In this document: one piece after another, positions 1 through 13,311 of the stretch | Position numbering within the stretch: position 1 is the stretch's first letter | Layout of the letters: each line of letters begins with the position of its first letter | Assembly (NCBI RefSeq): GCF_006345805.1 | Contig: NC_043009.1 | Span: forward strand, 4,526,001-4,590,000 | DNA from: Octopus sinensis | Lineage: Eukaryota | Length of the DNA: 64,000 bases | Direction of reading: 5' to 3' | Position numbers and translations under genes: made by a program | Notes under the pieces: model-generated | What the model saw: the letters and a program-made list of their open reading frames with translations, nothing else | Told to the model about the DNA's origin: nothing | Database searches by the model: none

Positions 1-370
1 TTTTTCATCACAGGACACCGGTCGTTTCTCACAAGCCGCCATGTTGACAGCTGGGCGTTCCAATAATGTGAGATTATAAGACATAACTGTTAGCCTGTTA
101 ACAGTCTTCTAAATATCAAACACCTCGGCTAGTAATTCATTTTTCTTCTAAGTGACCCTAAACTTTTGGCCGCTGCAATTTGGGAGATTATTTATTTCCT
201 CGCAACTTAGGAAATTTTTATTCCATTCACTTGGCATTTTCACGAACGATAGATACTCGGTATATCTAAATATGACTAAAATACTAAGTCTCAACGTGTC
301 GTTAATATTCTATAATAACTATTTCAATACACTTGTTCTTACTGACCCTTATATTATGGCTGCTACTGTA
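1..370 (-). mobile_element. Left end of a Tc1-like DNA transposon with IR/DR structure, running off the window
   Basis: Minus-strand terminus TA|CAGTAGCAGCCATAATATAAGGGTCA (370-343). An 18/24 copy of this motif lies 190 bp inside (153-176). ATG at 42 on - (caacATGg) opens MAACEKRPVSCDEK to the window edge, possibly the transposase start. Confidence 0.55.
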
Positions 371-713
371 TAAAACCGTCAGAACTACTTCTTTACCTCC
401 TTTAGTTGAAAACATTAAAGACGCCCTGGTTTAAATCTGATACCGCACTTGTTATTCTTAATAGTTTAAATCCTTCAGAGAGAATTATAAAACATCATAA
501 AAAAAAAAAGAAAAAGAATCGTCTTATTGATATATTTCAAAGCATTTCAGTTTTGAAACGATACTTGTTCTGTTTTTGCAGGCACCATTACTGCACGTTA
601 GGTGTAATATGAAGCTTTTTATTGAAAATGTAGCATTTACAGCTTTTACAGGCTATTTCATGCTAAAATTCCCTCAAGCACGACCGAAACTGGGTCAAAA
701 ATTTATATATATA

Positions 714-757
<44 letters not shown>

Positions 758-972
758 TTAAAGAACAATGATTGAAGGATTTTGATAGATTCAATCGTGT
801 ATTTTCAAAGTTCAAAATTTTTCTATTACATCTTCAAAGAAGGCTCGAAGGCTTTTTTGTATCTTCCTACACATTTTTTTTTTACCTCAGTTCTTTATCT
901 TGAACTCATTAAAACCACTCTGAGCTTTACACCCTTGCAGAAATGCACAATATTTCTGCTTCGATACAATAC

Positions 973-1030
<58 letters not shown>

Positions 1031-1295
1031 GGAAAAAGAAAAAAAATTATAGATGAGGTAAAAACACATTTCAATACAAAAGCATTGTGACTAAATCGAC
1101 AATTGTTAAACTGTGTGGCAGCATTTACTTTTTACTAAATGTTTCCCGAAAATTGCACTTTACACTTTACCACACTCGTATACTCTTATGTTTAACAGAA
1201 CGGAATAAAATCAAATAAATTTGTATCTGATTTTTTTCTCTAGTATTCCCTTTCCTCCGGTTCAATACAATGCACTTTACAATGCGTTCTTTATT

Positions 1296-1361
<66 letters not shown>

Positions 1362-1774
1362 GTATATATTCGATATCTTCTTATTTTCATTCAAATTCTC
1401 TAGCAGAAGCATTCCACAAATAACTCAATTTCGATTTCGTTTTTTCTACTTTTTTTATATCCCAAAGCTATAGCAGCAAATTCCTCTGCAGTAAATATTA
1501 GTTACCAAATGGTCCCTTCGTGTGTAATGAACATTTCTTTTGGAGTATATATTGAAAACAGTCCCTGGGTTTTAATATTTCCTGACAATAAAATTGCCAT
1601 AACATTAGTGCGTAACTTTCTTACACAAGTACAAGTCGTTTGTATATTACACCGCTAATATAAATAATAAAATAAGATGTAATAAAAGAGAGAAAATGAT
1701 AAAACCCTCCCTATTTCACTTGCGTACACCTGCTGCCTTCAGCAATGCGTAATCATATATTTTGATCATTGCAG

Positions 1775-1800
1775 CTTATTTCGTATTTTCTACAACTGAC
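1775..1800 (+). CDS. Candidate 26-nt coding micro-exon, (x)YFVFSTTD
   Basis: Acceptor tattttgatcattgcag and consensus donor GAC|gtaagt. Ends in phase 0, matching the exon at 5334. Confidence 0.45.
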
Positions 1801-2040
1801 GTAAGTTCCTCAGATGTTCTGTCTCATATTTTCATAGGAAAGTGTAATGTTTTGGCAGACATCTTTGTAAAGACAGTCAGTGGCCTAAATAAAGGACTGA
1901 AACTATAAACTTGACAGGTGCAAATGTAACATTCGATCAAAGCTGTTCATTACATATTATATATACAAAAAACTTATAGTTTTAATTATGAGTAATATAG
2001 AGCTTAAAATGAATAAGAAACGAAGCCAATATATTATTTT

Positions 2041-2250
2041 CAAATTTTAGCGCAAGGCCAGCAATTTCAGAGGAAGGGTTATGTCGATTACCTCAACCCC
2101 AGTATTCAACTGCTACTTATTTTACCGACCCCGAATGGATAAAAAGGCAGAGTCGACCTCGGTGGAATTTAAACTCAGAACGTAAAACCGGAAGATATAG
2201 CGCTAAGCATTTTAATCGGCGCGCCAACGATTCTGCCAGCTCACCGCCTT
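2041..2250 (-). mobile_element. tRNA-derived SINE, family C (CORE-like)
   Basis: Reverse complement of aaggcggtgagctggcagaatcgttg...gagtttaaattccaccgaggtcgac...ggggtcggtaaaataagtag, matching about 20 other copies in the window. Confidence 0.85.
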
Positions 2251-2788
2251 ACGTGGCTAATATATTAATAAATAATTATAGAGGCAGCGCAGAAACAAAA
2301 TTAGTCACATAATCCCACACAAGCACACACATACAAAATAACCCAACACACTTTCCCAAATCTAGATAGTCACATTCTATAGCCTTTAACATCATTAATA
2401 TTCCCCCACACTAATATATTTCGTCATCATCAGTGTAATCATCATCAGCATCATCATTGTAGTTGCCGTATTCATTAGCGAGACTATGTAACCGACTACT
2501 ACTATCGCAGTATTAAAGTTTCTCTGCGACGTAAACTATGTGAAAAAGTTGCTGGGGTCGAAGTTAAACCCATTGTATGAACGAAACATAACTTGTCCCT
2601 GAATACCTATATCTCAACAGTTCACAGCAGGAGCCCTTTAGTTGTCGTAATTTCCTCGTGTGCGCTCACTGATTGCTAGTCAATCAGCACACAACAGGAA
2701 CAACATGAAATACATACACAAACACACTGAACAGCATAGATAACGCAAAACAGCCATTCTGTCACACCTCACCAATGAGAGGAATCAG

Positions 2789-2918
2789 CATGGTTCCGGG
2801 TTCAGTCCCACTGCGTGGCACCTTGGACAAGTGTCTTCTACTATAGCTTCGGGTCGACCAAAGCCTTGTGAGTGGATTTAGTAGACGGAAACTGAAAGAA
2901 GCCCGTCATATATATTTG

Positions 2919-2951
<33 letters not shown>

Positions 2952-3051
2952 TATATAATATATATATATATATACACATATATATGTATGTATGTTGTGT
3001 ATATGTTTGTGTGTCTGTGTTTGTCCCCCCAACATCGCTTCACAGCCGATG
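2789..3051 (+). mobile_element. SINE family M, truncated at both ends, with internal TA/TG microsatellite
   Basis: catggttccgggttcagtcccactgcgtggcacc...gtagacggaaactgaaagaagcccgtc, then (TA)n, then ccccaacatcgct; matches the copies at 31236 and 61381. Confidence 0.85.
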
Positions 3052-4175
3052 TTGACGATTTATTGTTCTTGTCTCACTTTCGTCCATCTTGACATCGGAA
3101 GTATAAGAGGTAGAATGATAAATGTATGAGTCAACACTAGACTTCTACTCCCTTCTAGTTAAGTATAGAAGAGCAACATGAAATGAGGCATATTACTAAG
3201 GGACACGACACGATTGCCACGCTTCTTTCTGCAACGTCAGTGTTTTTTGAGGGAAAGGGAAATCGCCGATACGATGACTCGCTAATGGTCTCACAAATGT
3301 TACCGTCCGTATGGGGGGGGGATCCGCAAGAGACACTGCACAGTAACGCGTCTCACACAGTTTATCAATTCCACCAGTTCATCGTCCTGGATTGGTAGTT
3401 TATTTATCTACCCTGATTAGAGAGGTTAAACAAAGTTGTCCTAGAGAGTGTATGAACTCAGATTGCAGAGTAGGCAAAGCAAATACTGTAAGGGCTTCTC
3501 TCTGAGAAGCTAAGGTTCAACAAATCGCGGCAGTCGAGCAATGACATTACAACTATCACAACATGACCGCCATGTTCTCGTTGCTTCCTACTGTCACTCA
3601 CTACACCATCCACTACCAATAATGCAGCAAATTCCTCCACTCTGTTCACCTCCACCACGATCTGCAACAACAACAACAACAACAACAACACCACAACAAG
3701 CCGTAACTAAAATACAAGAACAACAGCACCAACAAAACAAGAATATATTAAAAAGCAATTTGGATATCATTTTCTAGAATCGTATCATAAATAATGTATG
3801 TATGCGATAACATTCAAGCTCATGCGATATTTTATAGGGTTTTTATGTTTTAATTTTCCATAATTTTCTATTTTTGCATTTATTTATCTATTTGTATTAT
3901 TTTTGGTACAATTGGACCCCAGGGAGAGAGGCAAAAGTCTCCTTGGTTAGCAATTAGTAAACTAATGAGGTTTATAACAACACTAATTGCACCACTAAAC
4001 TATATGATTTCTTCTTTTTTTATTTTCCCTACATTTTTTCTTCTCTCGCTGTTGATAATACCTTATTTTTATTTCACATTTTGTTTTAGTGCTGTAGATA
4101 GCATAATATTAGCTGGAACAGAGCCTATATATGTTTGCACATATACATGTATATATATTCACATATATTCATATA

Positions 4176-4216
<41 letters not shown>

Positions 4217-4302
4217 CATAGATATATAGATATAACCATATACGCATATATCTATCTATCTATATTTGTTTACATATTTACATATATATATATATATATA
4301 TG

Positions 4303-4333
<31 letters not shown>

Positions 4334-4891
4334 GTAAACATGTATGTATGTATTTGTATGAAATATATCTGTGTGTTTGTGTGTACGTGTGTGTATCTAT
4401 ATATGATATGAATATGTGATTGTAGTGCAATATATACACATACATACACACACATATATATATATGTGTGTGTGTATTAAATTTCCATTTCTATTATGGC
4501 CCATAACGTCCGTGAAAATTGTAGAGTAATAAAACATAAAATATATGGAGTCCCTTCCCTCCCATCACGACCACTAAAAAAAAGTCACAACCAAACAACA
4601 ACAAAAAACCAGTCATACTCTAAGAGGAATACATTTTCAGTTTTGCCCATTTATTTCAGCCCCCCCCCCCCACACACCAACCATTTCTGACTTTTTGTTT
4701 TTCTTTCTTAACATCATTATGGTCTAACTTCTTTGTGGAAGTGGTGGGGGAAAAAAGTGCTGCATTTTGCGAATTTGATCTTTTTTCTTCCTTATTTTTT
4801 TTTTTGCTTTTCTTTCTCAGTGGATAACGTATATTTAAAATATCGACTAAAAACAAAAAATAGACGCTCAGTACGCTATGTATGTGTGTGT

Positions 4892-4934
<43 letters not shown>

Positions 4935-5067
4935 TGTGTACGTATGTTTGCGCGAGTGTATATATATGATCTATGTATGTGTATATTTATATATACATAC
5001 ATGTACGTAAATATGTATAGGCCTAAATATATATGTGTATGTGTAGATGTGTGTGCGTGTATATATG

Positions 5068-5111
<44 letters not shown>

Positions 5112-5151
5112 GAGAGAGAGAGATAAATAGATACATAGATACATAGATAGG

Positions 5152-5189
<38 letters not shown>

Positions 5190-5333
5190 TGTGAATACAT
5201 ATATACTTACGCATCTATATACAGAGAGAGAGAGAATGATTGAAAGGAACAGAATAATTGAAGTGCATTATATGCGTGTGTATCGTAGTGTGTGTGATTT
5301 TGGTTGTGTGCATGTTTGCGTGCGTATTCTCAG

Positions 5334-5448
5334 GTCAGAACTACTCAGGTGATCCACTACGAAACAAATGTAGTAAAATACAATATTGAAATGGATCAGA
5401 TTAACCAACGCAGACATGTTTTAGATGCGCGAAAGAAGAGGAAATTTG
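5334..5448 (+). CDS. Candidate internal coding exon [38 protein letters not shown](G), product unknown
   Basis: Acceptor gcgtattctcag (in-frame alternative AG at 5347-5348) and donor TTTG|gtaaat. 115 nt, open, non-repetitive, lying between microsatellites; phase 0 to phase 1. Confidence 0.6.
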
Positions 5449-5529
5449 GTAAATATTGAAGAATGACATTGTGTATTTCGTTAGTTTAACTGACGCGTTT
5501 ATTAGTAAAATTAGATATGTGCTAAAACT

Positions 5530-5534
5530 TTTGT

Positions 5535-5587
<53 letters not shown>

Positions 5588-5615
5588 CACATATATATAT
5601 GTATATATATATATA

Positions 5616-5651
<36 letters not shown>

Positions 5652-5712
5652 GCATATATATATATATGTATACATACGTATTTATACACATATATATACA
5701 CATATATATATG

Positions 5713-5744
<32 letters not shown>

Positions 5745-5796
5745 GATATATACATATAAACATGTATATGGATATATATTTGCGCATATACATGTA

Positions 5797-5846
<50 letters not shown>

Positions 5847-5905
5847 AGTACACACATGCATATATGAGTGTGTGTGTGGTGTCTGTATGCATATGCACAC
5901 ACACA
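5530..5905. repeat. Compound (TA)n/(TG)n microsatellite field
   Basis: Directly visible. Similar fields at about 30050-30460, 34980-35560, 40790-41050, 41350-41640, 44450-44725, 45320-45790 and 60420-60740. Confidence 0.95.
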
Positions 5906-6785
5906 CAAGTACAGAAAGAGAGGGAGAGAGAGGGGGGAGAGAGAGCAAATCAAAAGAAAAAGGGAGGAACAAATTTCTGTTCTGGTCTTCGTTTTGTTTT
6001 AAGCTCGTTTGATACTCTTCTCTCCTGGCTGTGCATATAATGTTATTGTAGTTAAACGACACATTCTTTCACTAGATGAGATTAAATAATAACTCGGCTT
6101 CATTTGCTAGTCATTATCAGCTCACCAGAAGTGCTTATATCACCTGATCTACATCGAAAGACTGAAGCTCAAGATTAATACTGCAAACGATAATGAAAAA
6201 CAGGCATTGTCTTCTGCACATTTGCATACTATTAACATTTCTGGTTGCTTTGTAATAACTAAAATGCAGTGATGCAATGTGTTATTGGATACGTACATTT
6301 AATCATTATTCCTGTTGATTAGCCGGCGCCACGATCTGAACATTCTTTGCTTTTTCACACCTTCGACGTCATCTATTCTGGAATTGATAATCCAGCCATA
6401 GCTGCCGCTCACAAGCGAGAATGGCCTGGTAGTATGCACCATGTTGTTGCTAATTGTTTTGGGCTCCTTTCGTTGTCATGAGTAAAATATTGCCCACGTC
6501 CTGTCTATTCCGTTTTTTTTTGTGTTATCAGAAATAAGTGTCTGTGCGGTCACTAGACTGTTTCACATTTACAACGGAGTATGTAAGGACAACGTGAAAA
6601 AGACTTGCTCAAGGAAACTTTATGCCATTCCATCTAGAAATGGATCCTTCGACGTTTATGCTCATGGTATGAGCACATTAATCATTAGGTCATGCTCCTT
6701 CAAAGTAGTTATCAATGAAACGAACTGAGAGGTGGTAGAGATAGAAACAGAGAGAGAGACAGAGACAGAGAGAGAGAGAGAGCGT

Positions 6786-7016
6786 CTGAGAGGAAAGCGA
6801 TTCTCTCAAAGAAGGTTTCACTTTAGTTACGTTAGCATTAAAATTGGCGTTACTAGATTCCAGAAGGTTTAAGGTTTATACTCGCACATATTGAGATCGA
6901 ATGCTTCTGAAAGGAGAGACGAATTTTTCAAAGAAGGTTTCACCTTCGTTAGGTTAGCATTGAAATTGTCGTTACTAGATTTCAGAGAGGCTATACTCGT
7001 GCAAATCACTGAGATC
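6786..7016. repeat. Diverged tandem duplication, period about 121 bp
   Basis: Copies at 6786-6898 and 6907-7016 share tcaaagaaggtttcac, gttagcatt.aaattg.cgttactagatt, tatactcg and gagatc. Confidence 0.85.
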
Positions 7017-7865
7017 TGTTATAAAGATTTACTAGTTAGAATCTAATTCGTATCGAATATTTAATTCTAATTACTTATTTGCTCAGCAAAGCCACTTGCT
7101 AACTTGTTCAGTTTACTAATAAGCGCACAAACTTAGGATGCGCAACTATTCAATGCGTTTGAGTATGGTCTTTAGCGGCAAAATCCCTGTTTCTGGGCAG
7201 TGCTGATATCTTGCAATGGATTTTGGCTCTTGTTATAAGAGCTTACAAACTATGGATCACTAAAGAGTTACTGTAAGTACAGTATCATTATCCTTTGCTA
7301 GCAGGGAAAATGAATGAAATGACATTGCACGTTCAAACTTAGAATGAAAAGGCTGGAGAGGAAACTATTTGTAGTGATGTCCATACTACTATTTTCAGCG
7401 TTAATATGGAAAATTCTTATGGTGACTTTGATAAATGATCACTCATCCTTGCGCGCGCGCGTGCATGCGTGTGCAAGCGTGTGTATGTGTGTGTGAGTGA
7501 GTGAGTGAGTGAGTGAGTGAGCACGTATATACAATTGTATATATTTGTATCATTGTGTTTGTTTGCGCATCTGTATTTGTGTGCGTATTTGATTAAGTGA
7601 ATATAAACAAAAAAACAAAAAACAAAAAACAACTACACCTATCTTTCTAGCATTATAGTTACTCATACTCAAGAAACTTTTAGGCAATATATGCACTCAT
7701 GAACAATAACAATTTAATACAAATATACGAACTCATTTTCTATCTCCTCTCCTCTCCCTCGGTGCACGTTTTTCTCTTGATTCTTTCAACCAATTGTACA
7801 CATAAAGATGGATTCCTTGCACTCTAGAGTTTTCTGCATTCTTTCAGCTATATGGAATTTTGTGA

Positions 7866-7936
<71 letters not shown>

Positions 7937-7997
7937 AATACATACCTATCTATCTATCTATCTATCAATCTATCTATCTATCTATCTAAATACATAC

Positions 7998-8030
<33 letters not shown>

Positions 8031-8167
8031 CATCCCTCTATCTACCTACATACCTATATATCTATCTATATATCTACCTACATACCTATCTATATATATA
8101 TATATATATATTTATCTATCTATCTATATATATATATATATATCCATCTATCTACCTACATACATAC

Positions 8168-8246
<79 letters not shown>

Positions 8247-8345
8247 TATCTATCTATCTACATTCCTATCTATCTATCCATCCCTCTATCTACCTACATA
8301 CCTATCTATCTATCTACCTACATATCTATCTATCTATCTATCCAT
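7866..8345. repeat. (CTAT)n tetranucleotide microsatellite
   Basis: Directly visible. Other GATA/TATC arrays at about 17277-17366, 22116-22166, 38963-39138 and 55577-55657. Confidence 0.95.
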
Positions 8346-9015
8346 CAGTGGTGGTATTTCTATACCAACATGCACATATCTCCAACTACGTTCTCCCTGC
8401 CTATCGCTGTTTCCTCCCATCTTCCAACTAATTTCTCTCCCTGATCTGTAACTGTTTCTACACATATACACCCGCTTTCTCTCTCCGTCTCCAACTGCTC
8501 CATTCCGATTTTTTGTCAGCATGGAATACTTCCGTTCTTTTTCATGTCAAGTTTAACTGTTACATAATCGATAACTCTGGCTCTCAGTATAAGATGCCGT
8601 TAGCTTTGGATGTCTATTGATTTAGGTAATCTATCATAGATATTTCGTGACATCTTCAAACCAAAATAGCCTGAATTGCTTTATATGTGTATGTATATGC
8701 ATATGTGTATGTGTGTCTCTGTGTGTGTTATGTAGAAAAAAAATCAATTATTGAATATGTATAACTAATAAAAAATAAAAGGAAAAAAGAAATTATTTTT
8801 GGAAATCATATACATCTATAAATTACGTTAAAAATAAATCTTAAGAAGTAGGTAAGACTTAAATAAATATATATGATATATACAGAATACACAACTTTCC
8901 AAAGCAAAAACGAAAAAAATATTAATATATGACAAGACATTCGACATTCTTTATTAAACAAGAAATACTAAAGATACAGAAGTCCTTGCCAGGAGGACAT
9001 GATTCCTGTACATGC

Positions 9016-9068
<53 letters not shown>

Positions 9069-9393
9069 CATATATATACATATATATATATATATACATA
9101 ATATATATATACATATGCTTGTGTTATATTGCCTTCTATACATTTAGTATTGATTGAGTATTGATGCATGCATACATACATACATACATACATACATACG
9201 TACGTATGTACGTATATACATACGTACATATATGTGAGTATGCGTGGATGGTGGGGGGTGTAATCATTTAGATGAAAGAAATTTAACATGCAGGATGTTA
9301 TAAATAATATATAAAAAAGGAGAAAATGTAAAATTAAAGATGCAAAAAGATATTTTCGCGTTCGATAATATAAAGTATTCCATTCAAGTACAA

Positions 9394-9469
9394 TGCTACT
9401 ACTACTACTGCTGCTGCTACTACTACTACTACTACTACCACTACTACCACTACTACTACTACTACTACT

Positions 9470-9517
<48 letters not shown>

Positions 9518-9590
9518 CACTACTACTACAAGTATTACTACTACTACTAGTATTACTACTACTTCTAGTATTACTACTACTACTACTACT
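9394..9590. repeat. (CTA)n/(CCA)n trinucleotide microsatellite
   Basis: Directly visible; accounts for the poly-L/T/Y/V ORFs in the track. Confidence 0.95.
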
Positions 9591-9600
9591 GGCATTTGTA

Positions 9601-9805
9601 AGACGTCGAGCAGGTAGAATCGTTACCGCGCGGGGCGAAATGCTTAGCGGTGTTTCGTCCGTCTTCATGTTCTCAGTTCAAATTCCGTTGGGGTTGACTT
9701 TGCCTTTCATCCTTCAGTGGTCGATAAAATACAAACCAGTTGAGCGCTGGAGTTGATGTCATCAATGGATATCCCTCCCACGAAATTGCTGGCCTTGTGC
9801 AAAAA
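9601..9805 (+). mobile_element. SINE family C
   Basis: gtagaatcgttaccgcgcggggcgaaatgcttagcgg...ttcaaattccg...gactttgcctttcatcc...gaaattgctggccttgtgc. Confidence 0.85.
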
Positions 9806-9937
9806 CTACTACTAATAGTAGTAACAGCCTAATGCTATTATTATTTCTAAGATGTTCGCTTCAAATAATCGTTATAGCGTCGTTAGAGCGACGGATATGC
9901 TGTCCTGCACTACTTGTTCCGAAACCTTAAATTCAAA

Positions 9938-10368
9938 GGATCTTTTCGGTTTGAACGGCAGTTTTTAACATAATTTCTAGGTAACTAAAAAATTTTAAAG
10001 TTCGTATACTGGTAGAATGTGTTTATAAAACATCTTTTTCTCTTGGATTTATTGAGAAAATTCTATAGTTTGTAAGATATTTGTTGTTTTTTTTTTCTTC
10101 AATTTCTGAAATTTGAACCAATCAGTGACGTCTATTGAGTTAAAAAGCATTCTGTGCCGTATGAATATGTCCCTCGTTTAAGAAACAGATTGGGTTTATT
10201 TACATTTGTGAAGAAAAAAAGGATACCCTTCCCCCACCCCTAACCCTAACCCCAACCCTAACCCTAAAAGAGATTGAAATGCAATAGATCGATTCTAGGG
10301 TCATAATTATGGGTGACAATTTCATATAACACCGCTAGAAGAAACTGCCGTTCAAACCGAAAAGAACC
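9938..10368. mobile_element. MITE / non-autonomous DNA transposon with 27-bp TIRs and internal (CCCTAA)n
   Basis: 9938-9964 GGATCTTTTCGGTTTGAACGGCAGTTT matches the reverse complement of 10342-10368 at 26/27. Telomere-like repeats at 10238-10267. Confidence 0.85.
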
Positions 10369-11593
10369 AACTAGCTCGATTTCTTTTGATATGTTAGGGT
10401 ATGATATAAAAGCAATTAGCTGCTATTTTTAGCATGTGGAATATCCATGTCATTTTTTTCTGCTCCCGTTTATCCTAAAGTTATTCTTCATTCAATACAC
10501 GCGTGAACAAAGCCATTCCTAAAGTGATCATCTCGTCTTTTGTAATATCTTGGGTCCTAATCCCCACTATTCTTTTAGTTTCTGGAAAATTGTATGTGAT
10601 TTGGAGGAAATTCACTGCTCCTTTTGAAAGTCTAGCAAACTAAGGGCCTCCCCACTTTGTTGGTTACCAGTGGTTGTTATTGTGGTGGTTTAGGTCATCC
10701 TGTACTTTCCTATGTCTAGATTATATTCACTACTATGTTTTGTCATTTTTTGGTACCGTCTGATGATATTTAGAGGAGTTTAGCTGCTATTTCTTGAAAC
10801 CTCAATGAAAGCATATCGCTTTCTTACTTCACAGGCTAGTATTAGAGGTATAGCCATCTTTCTGGAAGCCAGAATCGTGTGATGGTTAATGCGGATGATG
10901 AATATGGTCATAATTCCAAATGATGTTAGAGTTATTCTTGAGGAAAATATTCCAAAGCGTTCGGTATGTGGAAATGCTACCAAATATTCAAAATGGCGGA
11001 AATAATGTTAGTAGTATTGGAGGGAGCGGTGGTTGCGGTAGTAGAGTTCGTGGCAGAGACGGTGATTATGATAGCGATGGCGGTGGTGGTGGTGGTGGCT
11101 GTGGTATTTCGGGTAAAATAAAAAGAGAGAGAGAGAGAGAGAGTTGGCTGATTCTTGGTCGTGGGAAGGGATTTAGTAAATGTTGAAGGGGTTGACAGCA
11201 TAATGCATGGAATGTTTCGGGTACAGAGAAAATTATAGAGATGTGAGATGCGAAAGGATAGACGGGGTAAAAGAGGGGAGTGAGGTGTGAAGTGGTGTCG
11301 GTGGTGACTGATATTACGAGGAGAGAAACAACACACTGCTGAGGTTTGAACTGTAAAATGAGAATAAAACGTTATGTTAACCCTTTCTGACGTCAGTTTC
11401 CACATGACAAAATTGTCGCAGACATGGCACGAACCACGACAGATTACTTCGTTTTTTTCCAAAATACCATAATAAATTTTACGACTAAATATCTTACACA
11501 TTCTGACGCAAAATTCTCAAAAATGTTGTGAACTCAAACACGCACACACATGAGCATCTGTCTATTTATCAACACACACACGCACGCACGCAC

Positions 11594-11631
<38 letters not shown>

Positions 11632-11833
11632 ACAAACACACACACACACTCACACAAACACGCACACACAAATCTACTGGAGATTCCTAAATGCATAAGA
11701 CCAAATGACAAACTAATACCTTACTGTATTTCATTTAAAATGCATGAGTCCTAAGTTCAAATCACATTCGTGGTTGCAGTAACTTTAAACACACCGAGGT
11801 GGACAATGTTCTACTTAATTACTTAGACTGATA

Positions 11834-12048
11834 AAGGCGGCGAGCTGGCAGAATCTTTACCACGCCGGGCTAAATGCTTACCATCATTTCTTCCGTCTAT
11901 GTGTTCTGAATTCAATCTCCACCGAAATCGATTTTGCTTTTCATCACTTCGATTTCAATAAAGTAAGTACCAGTTAAACACTGGGGTCGATGTAATCGAC
12001 TTACTCCTTCCACCGAAGTTGCTGGCCTTGTGCCAAAGTTTGAAACCA
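11834..12048 (+). mobile_element. SINE family C, near full length
   Basis: aaggcggcgagctggcagaatc...ctggggtcgatgtaatcgac...gctggccttgtgccaaagtttgaaacc. Confidence 0.88.
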
Positions 12049-12955
12049 ATTAATCTGATACGACAGAGGTCCTCTGACTAAAACGAGGAAAATTGTATAT
12101 TTATATATATAATGTATGTATGAACATATAAACTTTGGTTTCCTCCTCTCAGAGAGATGTCTAAATAATGACTAAGAGTCTTTCACTCACAGCTGTTGGA
12201 GTGCCCCTTGACTCTACTGAGGTCTTCTTCTTCTTCTTCTTCTTCTTCTTCTTCTTCTTCTTCTTCTTCTTCTTCTCTTCTTCTTCTTCTTCTTCCAATC
12301 AGGACTCACGCCATTAGCCACAAAGAATAATCTCTAATTCGAACCTCCACTGAGTTACTAAGAATGCGTGTGGCAACTTGAAGATCCACCCACCACACGT
12401 GATAGTGTGGCGGTTGCACGGGCGCGAAAGCTACGTTGTTATCCTAATACCGTAAACGGTGGCTTTTTAACGGGTGGAGAGCTAAACCATCCTGGGGTAC
12501 AGATGATTCGTAATCTAGACTAGGGTCTGAAAGTTTACCACACCATAGTGGGTTACACCATGGTTCCTCTGCTTTGTGGCAGAAGTAGTAAGAAAGAGTG
12601 AGAGAAAGTTGCGGGGAAAGAGTACAGCGTTTACATGTTTATTCATATCTTTATAACGTGTTGCATTTTTCCGGCTGACCATTAACGACGTAATAAGGCA
12701 AAAGACGCAATAAAGCAAAAGACGCAATAAAACTATTCTATGATCGAATGACGGCTTATTTTTTCGTGGGTAAGAAGCACGCTGAACACCTGCTACAAGA
12801 GGTACCCGTCATTAACACAACCCGTATAAAAGTGTAAAAATGTATTCATCCTTTGGAATACTGGGAAGAATAATTGAGTGGCTCATATTTTAGAGAACAA
12901 TCAAGTGACGTCTTGTCCTCATATACAGTTGGAACCATCACACGTATCTCTTTCT

Positions 12956-13000
<45 letters not shown>

Positions 13001-13276
13001 TCCTGTTTCTGTTGTACCTGTATTCCAAAGGGCCAGCCTTTTTCTCACTCTGTGTCACGCTGAATCTCCCCGAGAACTACGTTATGGGTACACGAGTCTG
13101 TGGAGTGCTCAGCCACTTGCATGTTAATTTCACGAGTAGGCTGTTTCGTTGATTGGATGAACTGCAACCCTCATCTTCGTAATTGACGGAGTGCCAACCA
13201 ACATATGTGACCTCGTGTGTACCGTTGGCGATTTTTTTCCCCTGTCTTCCCTTCTCTGGATCTTTCCTTCTCCTAT

Positions 13277-13311
13277 GTTTCCGACGAAGAGCTCCGCTCG
13301 AAACATTAAAC
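13277..13311 (+). ncRNA. Minimal type-I hammerhead-ribozyme-like motif (degenerate)
   Basis: GTTT-CCGACGA-A-GAGC(TCC)GCTC-GAAA-CATT-AAAC. Stems I and II pair; lesions are U4C and ACGT to ACAT. Confidence 0.55.

Noticed and set aside
582-601. Further upstream micro-exon (R)HHYCTL
   Set aside because: Good acceptor but a poor donor (gtgtaa); not enough to support.
3050-3105. ETS-like CGGAAGT next to caagATGg (MDESETRTINRQ on -) as a gene start
   Set aside because: Runs into a SINE and stops after 15 codons with no donor.
7808-8431. 207-aa ORF and other long ORFs (8954-9595, 5401-5904, 34391-35209, 55537-56100)
   Set aside because: They are translations of stop-free microsatellites (IYLS, YI, CV, poly-V/S).
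10238-10267. Telomere or chromosome fusion site
   Set aside because: Only five imperfect units, lying inside a MITE.
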